This document shows, piece by piece, positions 27,441 through 38,389 of a stretch of DNA of 38,401 nucleotides. This stretch comes from Bilabrum cf. latius (taxonomy: Eukaryota). The stretch is taken from NCBI GenBank assembly GCA_965178125.1, contig OZ237778.1, forward strand, positions 1-38,401. Direction: 5' to 3'. The notes below the pieces were generated by a model. That model did not search any database, was not told where the DNA came from, and saw only the letters and a list, made by a program, of their open reading frames with translations. A program made the position numbers and the translations under genes. Every line of letters begins with the position of its first letter. Positions within the stretch are counted from its first letter, which is position 1.

Positions 27441-27445
27441 TTATT

Positions 27446-27670
27446 ATGATGTTTTTATTTAAATCATATTTAAAATTGTTATTGAAATACTTAAGTTTAT
27501 TTATATTTTGTAGTCTATTTTATTTTGATATTTTATTTTTTAATCAAGATAACACAGATAATCTATGAAGCGGTATAGACTTAACTAATCTTGGGTTTCA
27601 GTGAGATACTTTGTGATTATGTGCTCCTATAGTAGAAACTCCCAATATTATATATACTTATATTATATAA
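27446..27670 (+). CDS. orf74, hypothetical membrane peptide; paralog of the orf535 N-terminal domain
   Basis: ATG..TAA with 3 internal TGA (missed by the track); 29/58 aa ungapped identity to orf535. Confidence 0.7.
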
Positions 27671-27679
27671 AAAATTTAA

Positions 27680-29287
27680 ATGACAAATATAACAAAATTA
27701 TTAAGTATTTTTTACTTAAAGTTACAATTCGTAGAGATGGTTTTAGATTGGCTTCAACGCTCATATTTCTATATTTTAAATTTTTTATACAACATTTTTT
27801 TAATGATATTTGAAAATTTTAGATTATTATCATTTACAAATTTTTTTTTGAAATTTTTAAGTTTATCAATATTTTTCATTTTTTTTTATTTCGATACATT
27901 CTTTTTTAATCAAGAAAATACAAGTGTTTTTATTGATGGGGTAGATTTAAGCGAATTTGAGTTTAAATGGGATGAGCTTTTTTTATTAAGTCCTGTTTAC
28001 GAAACTTCTGAATGTTTTTATGTATCTATTAATTGGGATTCGTTTGCATTAATTGATAATATAGCGGATTCCACAAATTCATTGGAAGTAATTAAGCAAC
28101 GAGTATTAAGTCCTTCTTGGTCTGATTATTTTAAAAAACCTTTTCGTTTAATAATTTCATTAGTTAGCGAAGGATTTTATTATATGATGTATATTGAGTG
28201 AACTGTTTTAGAGCACATGTTAGAAATCTTATTTCAAGAAAGTAACGATTCTGAACTTGGTAACAAGGTGGAAAAATTTTTAGAATTATGCAAAACTGAA
28301 ACAGGCAATTTAGCTTGTGTAACAGAAGCTAAATTTAATGAGGCTTTTAAGCCTAAAGATACAAACGATTGAAAAAAGTTAAAAACTATATTAGAAGCAG
28401 CAAAAAAGGGACAGCTTTTAGGACACCAGTCACATAGTACAACGCCTAATAAGGATAAGGTGGCCAAAGAAGTAATTTTTCACCTCAAGAAAGTTCATGA
28501 TAATTCTTGATATAAACTTTTTAATGATATTGGCTTTCATGTTAATCAAAATTGGCCAGTTTATGTAGGCGGTTTTATTGTATTAGGAGCAGCAGGTTGA
28601 TATCATTATGATGAGTGTTTGGGCTGATATAAATATACTTACTCTAGCGTTTGGGATACAATTGAATTGTCGAAAGATCAATTAAGTTGTACAGCCCAAC
28701 AGAGGTACGTTAATTATCACTTTAATAAATTTAAAGCAAACTTTAGCGTAGAATCATACTTTTGAATAGAATTTACTGAAGTTGAATTAACTAATTTTAA
28801 AAATACTTTTTTTTCACAAGGTAATTTCACATCGACAAATTATTATAAAGTAGTTCCTAAAATTTTTAAAAATAGTGTGGGTTCTAATGTATGGGTATCT
28901 ATTTTAAGAGAAAATCCTTTTTTTTTTATGAAATTAAATCAATCAAAAATAATATATATGTCCAATGCAGAAGAAATATTAAATCAATTAGAAAAGTTAT
29001 TTGTTGATGATTACCTTTTTTATAGCGTAGGTTTAGTTATAGGAGGCGTAGGTCTAATAAATTGGGTATTAAATAATTTAGAAGTTATTGATATTTTTTT
29101 AGAAGATAAACTTTTTTTTCTATGAATAATCGAATATTTTGATAATTTAAGATTAATGAGTATACCTTTAAAAGATGTTTTTTTTAAATATGAAGAACAC
29201 AAGGCTTATTTGAATATTGAAAATTTTAAAATTAAAGAAAAAACTTTTAGTGAATGATTAATTTTGTACAAAATTAAAAAATTCTAA
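27680..29287 (+). CDS. orf535, orphan multi-pass membrane protein
   Basis: 1608-nt frame open with UGA=Trp; begins with the AAATTTAAATG start context; TAA abuts the nad11 ATG. Confidence 0.8.
27723..27759 (+). repeat. 37-nt direct repeat shared with the nad11 5' region (29325-29361)
   Basis: TACAATTCGTAG(AG/GA)ATGGTTTTAGATTG(G/A)CTTCAACG, 34/37 identical. Confidence 0.9.
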
Positions 29288-30154
29288 ATGTATTTTTTAA
29301 TTAATCAAGAAATTTTTTTGAATGTACAATTCGTAGGAATGGTTTTAGATTGACTTCAACGTTTATGATTACAAATTCCACGTTTTTGCTATAATGTTTT
29401 TTTAGAGGTAGTAGGGAATTGTAGAATGTGCTTAATAGAACTAGAAAAATTAACAAAACCTACAGCATCATGCGCTGCTTTATTAGTTTCCAATATTTCT
29501 TTATATACTTACAGTCCTTTTGTAAAAAAAGTACAAGAAGGTGTTATGGAATTCGAATTAAATAACCATCCTTTAGATTGTCCTATTTGTGATCAAGGAG
29601 GAAAGTGTGACTTACAAGAATATTCAAAAAGTTTTGGTACAGATCGAAATCGAAACTTTCAATCTTTGAGACGTCCTGTCCAAGAAGATTCTACAGAACC
29701 TATTATAAAAATGACCATGGTACGTTGTATTCAGTGTACCCGTTGTATACGTTGCTTTAATAACTTTACTAATAAATACTTTTTGGGTACTTTTGGTAGA
29801 GGGGTAGACACAGTAATCGGTAGTTATTTAGATTATTTTTATCAATTAGAATATCTAAATTTTGTAATTAATTTATGTCCAGTAGGGGCATTAACTTCAA
29901 ATACAAACTCGTTTGAAGATAGAAATTGAGAATTAAAAAGTAAAACAAGTAGAAGTGCTTTAAGTAGTACCTCTAATAAATTAAATTATCAATACAAACT
30001 TCGTTCTAGTACTTCAATAGGATCCTCTAATTTAATGTTTGAAACAAATGTGGAAAGTTTATTAAATAAATATTATAGCTCTTTTTTGGGTATTTGATCT
30101 TTATTAATTTCAGATAAAGAAGTTAACGAAACCAGTAAAGAACATAGGAGCTAA
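29288..30154 (+). CDS. nad11: NADH dehydrogenase subunit 11, N-terminal Fe-S part only (288 aa)
   Basis: IPRFCY, GNCRMC, HPLDCPICDQGGKCDLQ, RCIQCTRCIR, CPVGALTS, RNWEL. Confidence 0.93.
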
Positions 30155-30160
30155 TATTCT

Positions 30161-30228
30161 GGCAGTACGATATGGTATCAGTGCGGGTTCATGCCCCGGA
30201 ACGGATGGTTCAATTCCATCTATTGCCC
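30161..30228 (+). tRNA. trnM: tRNA-Met(CAT), initiator-like, reduced D arm, copy 1
   Basis: Acceptor GGCAGTA/TATTGCC; CGGG-TTCATGC-CCCG; T arm GATGG-TTCAATT-CCATC. Confidence 0.8.
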
Positions 30229-30362
30229 TGTTTATTGACAGAAATTTATTAAGGTATTAATATAAAAAGAGTACCTCAAGTTTTTTAAGTTTAAATGGAT
30301 AATAAAAATATAAAGATTAAAGTTAAAGTTTAAATTTTTCAGTCTTATTGTTCATTAATTAC

Positions 30363-31367
30363 ATGTTAAATATCTTATTTAATATTTTTTATTTTTTAGC
30401 TGTAGGGATAGGAGTCTTATTATCAGTGGCTTTTGTTACTCTATTAGAACGTCATATTTTAGGGTACATACAGAGACGTCAAGGTCCAAATGTTGTGGGT
30501 TTTTTTGGGTTATTACAGCCTATAGCGGATGGTGTAAAATTATTGTTAAAAGAAACTATAATACCGAGAAGTGCTAACCCTATTATTTTTAAATTTTCTC
30601 CAATTTTTACTTTTGCTTTATCTTTAGCAAATTGAGTAGTTATTCCTTTTAATATAGGGTGAAGTGTTTCTGATTTTAGTTTAGCTATACCTTATATTTT
30701 AGTAATAGCATCTTTAGGTGTACATTCTGTTATAATGGCAGGGTGAGCAAGTAATTCAAAATATGCTTTTTTAGGAGCATTAAGATCAGCAGCACAAATG
30801 GTTTCATATGAAATAGCTATGGGTGTAATGTTTTCTTGTATTGTTTTAATGGTAGGTTCTTTAAATTTAAGCGAAATAATCAATTCTCAAAAAAATATTT
30901 GATTTTTATTTTTATTATTTCCTTTATTTTTACAATTTTTTATTTGTACTTTGGCGGAGACTAATCGTCATCCTTTTGACTTACCTGAAGCAGAAGCTGA
31001 ATTAGTTTCTGGTTATAATGTTGAATATTCAGCTGTAGGTTTCGTTTTATTTTTTTTGGCTGAGTATAGTAGTATAATATTAATGTGTACTTTAACAGTA
31101 GTTATGTTTTTAGGAGGTTCTTATTTTATAGGAAACTTTTGATTGAGTTCAGTAAATTGAATTAACGATTTCATTTTATTACCTTGATCTTTTATTTTTA
31201 TTGCTTTAAAAATATTATATTTTATATCATTATTCGTTGTAATAAGAGCAACTTTACCTCGATATAGATACGATCAATTAATGCGTTTAGGTTGAAAAAT
31301 TTTTTTACCTATGTCTTTATGTATACTAATTATTTTGATTTGTATTTATCCTTATATAGTTTTTTAA
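30363..31367 (+). CDS. nad1: NADH dehydrogenase subunit 1
   Basis: [45 protein letters not shown]. Confidence 0.97.
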
Positions 31368-31420
31368 AATTTATATTTAATTTCAATGTTATGTTTTATT
31401 TAAATGATTTTTTATATAGT

Positions 31421-33096
31421 ATTATTGGGTTTGATCCTGGCCCAGAGTGAACGCTAATAAATTGCTTTACACATGCGAATTAAACATATGAAAAATTTTC
31501 TTTTATAAGTAGTGAACGGGTGAGTATATCAATTTAGAATTAACTTTTAATTTAAATATAAAAAAAGTATGTATTACTTTTTTAAATTTTAAATATAAAA
31601 AAGAAAATTTTTGTTAAAAGAAGACTAAATTGTAGGATTAGGTTGTTGGTAATTTAAAAGATTACCAAGCCGATGATCCTTAATCGTCTTGAGAGGGGGT
31701 ACGATCACATAGGGACTGAGACAAGGCCCTAACTCTAATGAGGCAGCAGTGAGGAATCTTGGACAATGAGAGAAATCTTGATCCAGCAAATTTATAGGGG
31801 TGATGATGAAGATCTCTAACGAAACTGTGATTGTAAAACTCTAGTTTAAAGTTGATGATGACAATTTTAAATAATTAGTCTCGGTAAACCTCGTGCCAGC
31901 AGCCGCGGTAATACGGGGGAGATAAGCGTTATTCATATAGACTGGGCGTATAGGGTATCTAGGTCGATTTTAGTTTGTTTTATAGTATAAAAACATAGTG
32001 AAATTATGTTCTTATAAAAAACATAAAATCTGGTGAGTATTTAATGAATGAACATTATTTTTAAAGTTGGGGTGACATCCATTATAATAAAAAGAGTCTC
32101 AAGGGCAAAAGCGGTTCATTAATGAATATCTGACACTTATGATACAAAAGCATGGGGAGCAAATAGAATTGGAGACTCTAGTAGTCCATGCCGTGACTCA
32201 TGAATATTTAATTTTAAATTTATCAAATTTATATTTGTTTAAAGATTTAGAATTGCCGCTAACGCAAAAAATATTCCGCCTGGGTACTACGATCGCAAGA
32301 TTAAAACTCAAAGGAATTGACGGGGGCTCTTTGCAAACGGTGGAGCATGTTGTTTAATCTGATAATCCGCGTAAAACCTTACCAATCTTAATGTAGTGTT
32401 GCATGGCTGTCGTCGGCCCGTGTAGTGATATGTGGCACCTGCATGTGAAACGGGCAGAACCCTTGTTTATTAAGATTAAAAAATTTTTTTAATTTTTTAA
32501 AAGATAAGCTAAGACGGAACTTCTTAGGAGATTTTGATATTATTTAGAAATTATAAATAATTGGTTAGTACAATTAAAAGTACGGGCTCTTCACGGGATC
32601 GTATACTTTATAACATATAAAAGTTTTGATTTGAGGGCCATTATTTATGTTTCATTATGAAATTTGTGAAATTGCGTATTAGATGGAATCGGGGCTGAAG
32701 TCAAGTCGTCATGGCCTTTTTGGATTGGGCTACAAATGTGCTACAATGATAAAAACAATATAATAGTTATACTTTTATACATGTTTAGAAAGAATAACAA
32801 AAATTTTTTAAAAATTATCTTAGTTCGAATTATATCCTGCAATTCGGTTATATGAAGAAGGAATCGTTAGTAATCGTGAATCAGCACGTCACGGTGAATT
32901 GAGCTAGGGTCTTGTACACACTGCCCGTCAAATCACGGAAGTAATTATGGTTTTTAATTAATATAAGTATTGAAAATTAAAAGGGTTTATAATTTTTTTA
33001 TTTTTCAAATAAAAACTTTAAAAGGTTAAAAAACGGAATTATAACTGTGATTAAGTCGTAACAAGGTAATAGTTCGGGAACGAGCTATTGGACGTT
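31421..33096 (+). rRNA. rns: Small subunit rRNA (ends approximate)
   Basis: GTTTGATCCTGGC, GTGCCAGCAGCCGCGGTAATAC, AAACTCAAAGGAATTGACGG, AAGTCGTAACAAGGTA. Confidence 0.96.
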
Positions 33097-33125
33097 ATAA
33101 AATAAATATTTTGTTTTTAATTTTA

Positions 33126-33935
33126 ATGAATCAAATTTCTGTGTTACGTCAAAAACATCCTTTTCATATTGTTGATAACAGTGTATGACCTTTAGTAGGA
33201 GGTTTTTCTGCTTTTTTTATGGTATCTGGTTTAGTAGCTTATATGCAATTTTTTGAACGAGGTATTTTTTTATTTTTATTTGGTTTCTTCAGTTTAATAA
33301 TTACTTCAATTTTTTGATGACGAGATGTAATTCGTGAAAGTACTTTTGAAGGTTCTTTATTACATGCTGTTGAAAATGGTTTAAAAATGGGAATGATTTT
33401 ATTTATTGTTTCTGAAATTATGTTATTTTTTGCATTTTTTTGAAGTTTTTTTCATTCTAGTTTAAATCCTGTACCTGAAATAGGTTGTGTATGACCTCCG
33501 AAGGGAATTGAAGCTATTAATGCTTTCCATGTACCTTTATTAAATACTTTTGTTTTATTGAACTCCGGTGCTTTTGTAACCGTAGTACATTATAGCGTAT
33601 TATCCGGTTATAGACGTCAAGCTATAACCTCTTTTTTTTATACAATAGGGTTAGCTTTATTTTTTACTTTATTACAGTATTATGAATATCGTAATGCATT
33701 ATTTAATATTTCCGATGGTATTTATGGTTCTACATTTTATATGATAACTGGTCTTCATGGATCACATGTTTTGATAGGTACTTTCTTTTTAATGGTTTGT
33801 CTTTATAGATTAATATCACATCAATTTACCCCAAAAAATCATTTTGGGTTAGAAGCAGCTATTTGATATTGACATTTCGTTGATATTGTTTGAATTTTTG
33901 TTTATATTTTTATATATTGATGAGGTGGTGCTTAA
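33126..33935 (+). CDS. cox3: Cytochrome c oxidase subunit 3
   Basis: [34 protein letters not shown]. Confidence 0.97.
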
Positions 33936-33941
33936 ATTTTA

Positions 33942-34580
33942 ATGACTTTTTTTTTTTTTTTTTGTATTATGAATATAATTATAAGTGTAACTTTTTTTTT
34001 GGCTATGCCTTTACCTATATATAGTTTATTACTGATAATTGTTTTATTTATTAATGGTACATTTTTATTATTTAGTATTGGTTTAGAATTTTTACCTTTA
34101 TTATTTTTAGCTGTTTTTTTAGGTGCAGTTATTGTATTATTTTTATTTGCAGTAATGATGTTAGATATTAAAGAAATACCAGGATCTTCTTGAATACATA
34201 GAATATTCACATTTAGAACTTTTCCTGTTTATTTTATATTTTTGATTTTATTTTTGATTTTATTTTTAATTTTTGATGAAACATATTATTTTAATAAACT
34301 TTTAAATCAATTTAATACTTCAGAATTAACAAATAATTTAACATTAAATGTAGAATATTTTGACTTCTTTCAATTATTAGAAGACAATAAAGTTTCTTTA
34401 GGAGCTTTATTAATAGGACGTTTAATGTTTTTTAACTTTATTATATGTTTTTTAATCGTAGGTTTTATTGCTTTATTAGTAATGATAGGAGTAATTTTGG
34501 TTTCAATTTCTGAGAATCGTTTAAAAAGTTCTTTAATTCAAGAAGCTACAGCTCAATCTTTAAGAACTCGTTTATTTTAA
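33942..34580 (+). CDS. nad6: NADH dehydrogenase subunit 6
   Basis: PIYSLL, EFL...VFLGAVIVLFLFAVMMLD, LLVMIGVI; two track ORFs joined by TGA. Confidence 0.93.
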
Positions 34581-34633
34581 GTTAAATTAAATAACATTAA
34601 ACTTTTAAAAAATTCTTAAAATAATTTTTTTTT

Positions 34634-34701
34634 GGCAGTACGATACGGTATCAGTGCGGGTTCATGCCCCGTAACAGATGGTTCAATTCCATCTATTGCC
34701 C
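34634..34701 (+). tRNA. trnM: tRNA-Met(CAT), initiator-like, reduced D arm, copy 2
   Basis: 65/68 nt identical to 30161-30228. Confidence 0.8.
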
Positions 34702-34712
34702 CTTTTTATTTA

Positions 34713-35888
34713 ATGTATATTGTAAAACCATTTTTGTCTAATAGTTTAGTACAAACTAACTATAATCATAATGAAGCTTACCCTTCTCCAATTAATTTAT
34801 CTTATATGTGAGGATTTGGGTTTTTAGCTTTAGTTGTTTTAGTTTCTCAGATAATAACTGGAGTTTTATTGGCTATGCATTATAATGCAGATGTTTTGAA
34901 TGCATTTTCAGATTTAGAGCATATAATGAGAGATGTCGTAGGGGGTTTTGGATTGCGATACTTACACGCAAACGGAGCTTCCATGTTTTTTATAGTTGTT
35001 TACCTTCACGTAGCACGAGGATTATATTATGGTTCTTATTTTCAACCTAGAGTATTCCTATGAATATCTGGAGTATTAATATTATTTTTAATGATGGCTA
35101 CTGCTTTTATAGGATATGTTTTACCTTGAGGACAAATGAGTTTCTGAGGTGCCACCGTTATAACTAATTTTTTTTCTGCTATACCTTTTGCAGGAACAGC
35201 TATTACTCAGTGGTTATGAGGAGGTTATTCTGTAGATGACCCTACTTTAAACAGATTTTTAAGTTTACATTTTTTAGTTCCTTTTTTAATTGTTGGGGTT
35301 GTTGCTCTTCATTTAATATTATTACACGAACACGGGTCTAATAATCCTTTAGGATTCAAACATACACAGTCTATACCTTTTTTTACTTATTTTATTATAA
35401 AAGATATTTTTGGCTTGGTAGTTTTTTGTGTCTTTTTTGGTTTATTTGTTGTATATGCACCAAATTATTTGGGTCATTCTGATAATTACATAGAAGCTTT
35501 ACCTTTGGTAACTCCAGCACATATAGTACCTGAATGATATTTTTTACCTTTTTATGCTATTTTAAGAACAATTCCAGATAAATTAGGGGGTGTTATTGCA
35601 ATGGTATTAGCTATTCTTATTATAGTAGTATTACCTTTTTTTGACACTTCTCGTATACGTTCTGCTTTTTTTAGACCAATACATTTATTTGCTATAGGTT
35701 TTTTCTTTTCTTTTTATGTATTATTAGGATGAATAGGAGCTTCTGCAGCAGAATATCCTTTTATAGAGTTTTCTGAAATAATAACTTCATTGTATTTTGG
35801 ATATTTTTTATTTACTTTATTATATGGTAAATTTTCAGTTTTTAAAATTGAAAATTTTAATAAAAATATCACTGATTTTAGCTTTTAA
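34713..35888 (+). CDS. cob: Apocytochrome b
   Basis: [40 protein letters not shown]. Confidence 0.98.
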
Positions 35889-36158
35889 ATGTTGATTTTA
35901 GTTAGTTTCCTAATTTTTAGTTTAGGTTTATGAAGTTTATTATTAAATAGATCCAGCTTTTTAATGGCTATTTTATGCTTTGAAGTTATGTTTTATGGTA
36001 TTAATATAGGTTTTATAGGTTTTGGTTATATTTTAAATGATGCAATCAGTCAAATAATTTCTATTTTTATTTTAACTTCAGCTGCATTAGAATCAGCTTT
36101 AGCTTTAGCTTTATTAATGGTATTTTTTAAAGTTTTTTCAAATATAATTATAGATTAA
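35889..36158 (+). CDS. nad4L: NADH dehydrogenase subunit 4L
   Basis: LLNR...CFEVM...AALESALALA; 89 aa. Confidence 0.92.
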
Positions 36159-36165
36159 AATTTTA

Positions 36166-36537
36166 ATGTTACAAAAACAATCAAAAGTACAAGCTTCAGA
36201 TAATTCTGGAATGAAATTAGGAACCTGTATTCATATCTATGGAGGTTTCAAACGTAATTATGGATATGTAGGAGATAATATTTTATTATCTATAAAAAAT
36301 TTACGTTTAGTGCGTAAAGTAAAGAAAGGAGAATTACACAAGGGATTAATAATACGAACAACAAAAAAAACAAAAGTTAAAGATGGAATTTCTTCAAAAT
36401 TCAAAAAAAATTCTGTTATTTTGTTAAGTAAACAAATGAAAGTGCTTTCATCTCGTGTTTTTGGCCCATTTTCTCGTGGATTACGTAAAAAAAAGATAAT
36501 AAGATTATTATTGTTATCCAATCAATCTTTTTTTTAA
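36166..36537 (+). CDS. rpl14: Ribosomal protein L14
   Basis: SDNSG..CIHIYGG, VGD, RVFGP. Confidence 0.96.
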   Translation: MLQKQSKVQASDNSGMKLGTCIHIYGGFKRNYGYVGDNILLSIKNLRLVRKVKKGELHKGLIIRTTKKTKVKDGISSKFKKNSVILLSKQMKVLSSRVFGPFSRGLRKKKIIRLLLLSNQSFF

Positions 36538-36583
36538 CTTATATTATATAGTTTAAATTTATTTTTATTATTTTTATTTGAAT

Positions 36584-37582
36584 ATGTTATTATTAAAATG
36601 ACGTTCTTATACAATTGAAATGAAGTTAGTAGAATACAGTAATTTATGGTATTCCAACTTAAAAAAAAATTTGAATAAATTTACTTCAACGTTAGAAATT
36701 TATTTGAAAAACAGTAATTTAAAAAACAATGTAAATATTAAATTACTTTCTTATTTTTTATTTGTATATTATAATTTTAAAACTCACCCACAAATTTTAT
36801 ATACAAAAAAAAACATAATAACTTATAAAATTAGAAAAGATACTCCAAGAGGATTATGCGTATATTTCAATAGTTTTAGATTTTTAAAGTTAATGAAGTT
36901 TTTGAACTTCCAAAAAGGCAGAATTATTATTGATAATAGAATATCAAAAGAACGTATCAGTGGACAAATTTCTAATTTTTTTGATCACTCAAATTTTAAG
37001 TCTTTAATTATTAGTGATAAGAGTTCTATGACTCAAATTAAATCTAATTTTAGATTAAGCAACGTTTATTTGTATTCTTTTAGTTTAAACATATTATTCC
37101 TTAAGAAGTTTGATATTTTTAGTAAAGAATCTTACCTTGTTTTAAAACAAATAAGTCTTTGAAATAATTTTAGCAAGTTTAATAAGATTATTTCTATGAA
37201 ATTAATTTTAAATAAAATTTTTTTAAACAATATAATTATTAATGATATTTTTAAAGAAAATTTAAATCAAAGTAATTATAATTTTTATAGTTATTCTAAC
37301 TTCAAATTAATTAAACCACTATATGGAAATAACCTAACTTATTTAAAAGGTAAAATGAAATTAAAAGAAATGAAAATTAATTCATTAACAGCATTAAGTA
37401 ATATAAAAAAAGAAATACAAAAAATATCTTTTTTACTTTATAACAAAAAAATGTATCGTTTATATTATTTTATCAATTATTTTATTTCATTAAAACAATC
37501 AAAGGTTTTAATTGACTGAACTTTAATAAATTTAATTAAAATATATTTAAATAAATTTGATTTAATAGAATTTAAATTTTAA
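36584..37582 (+). CDS. rpl5: Divergent ribosomal protein L5 with extra C-terminal domain (332 aa; alternative start 36620)
   Basis: PQILYTKKNIITYKIRKDTPRG resembles L5 (PVITKAKKSIAGFKIRKG.PIG); follows rpl14; frame continues through TGA into the next track ORF. Confidence 0.7.
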
Positions 37583-37583
37583 A

Positions 37584-37982
37584 ATGTTGGGTTTATTTAA
37601 TGGTTTTATTAGTTTTCGTTTAATAAAAAAAAAGTTAAATTATAATTATCGCAAAAAAATAATTTGAAAAGAACGTCCTTTATTCAAATGTCCACAAAAA
37701 AAGGGTATCTGTTTAAAATTTATAGAGCGTTCTCCTAAAAAACCTAATTCCGCAAAACGGAAATTAGTTTTAGTAAGATTATCTAACAAAAGACGAGTTT
37801 ATGCTACCATTCCAGGAGGAAAAAATCATAACCTACAAGAACATTCGTTAGTAATGATTAGAGGAGGGAGATCCAAAGATGTTCCTGGTTTAAGATATAA
37901 ATTAGTCCGTGGTGTTTATGATTTAGAAGGATGATCAGGAAGAAAGTCAAGACGTTCTAAATATGGAGTTAAAAAAGTATAA
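37584..37982 (+). CDS. rps12: Ribosomal protein S12
   Basis: [40 protein letters not shown]. Confidence 0.97.
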
Positions 37983-37987
37983 TTTAA

Positions 37988-38389
37988 ATGTGATTATTTT
38001 TAGGAAAAAAATATAGTTATGACTTAAAATTTAGTAAAATGATAGAAGATTTATTTGGATATGGAAAACATCATGCTTTAGAAGTTTGTTGTGAATTAGG
38101 AATTAATCCTAAAATTAAATTAAAAAAGTTAAAAGAAAATTTAGATAAACAAGAATTTAACACAAAAAAAAATTTTGAAAGTTTTCAAAAAAATTTAGAA
38201 TATTACATAAAAAATAATAAAGATTATTTGTATGAAAATAAGTTAAAAGTTAAATTAAATGAAAGACTAGAAAAAATTAAAAAGGTTAAGAATAGACGAA
38301 GTTTTCGTCTAGAGTCAAAATTACCTGTACGAGGTCAGCGTACGCAAACTAATGCAAAAACAGCAAAAAAATTTAAAGGGTTTTTTTAA
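37988..38389 (+). CDS. rps13: Ribosomal protein S13
   Basis: LFGYG, LGINP, LPVRGQRTQTNAKT. Confidence 0.95.

Noticed and set aside
27601-27813. 70-aa GTG-start ORF
   Set aside because: It overlaps orf74 and orf535 in another frame, and those frames are supported by the paralogy
27680-29287. orf535 as the missing Nad11 C-terminal half, a maturase or a homing endonuclease
   Set aside because: The size fits nad11b, but I see no NuoG, LAGLIDADG, GIY-YIG or RT motifs, and it has TM-like segments; a profile search is still needed
30235-30263. TTGACA-N17-TAATAT sigma70-like promoter
   Set aside because: No rpo genes are present, mitochondria generally use a phage-type polymerase, and the match is expected by chance in AT-rich DNA
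32139-32357. 72-aa plus-strand ORF
   Set aside because: It lies within the conserved SSU rRNA core
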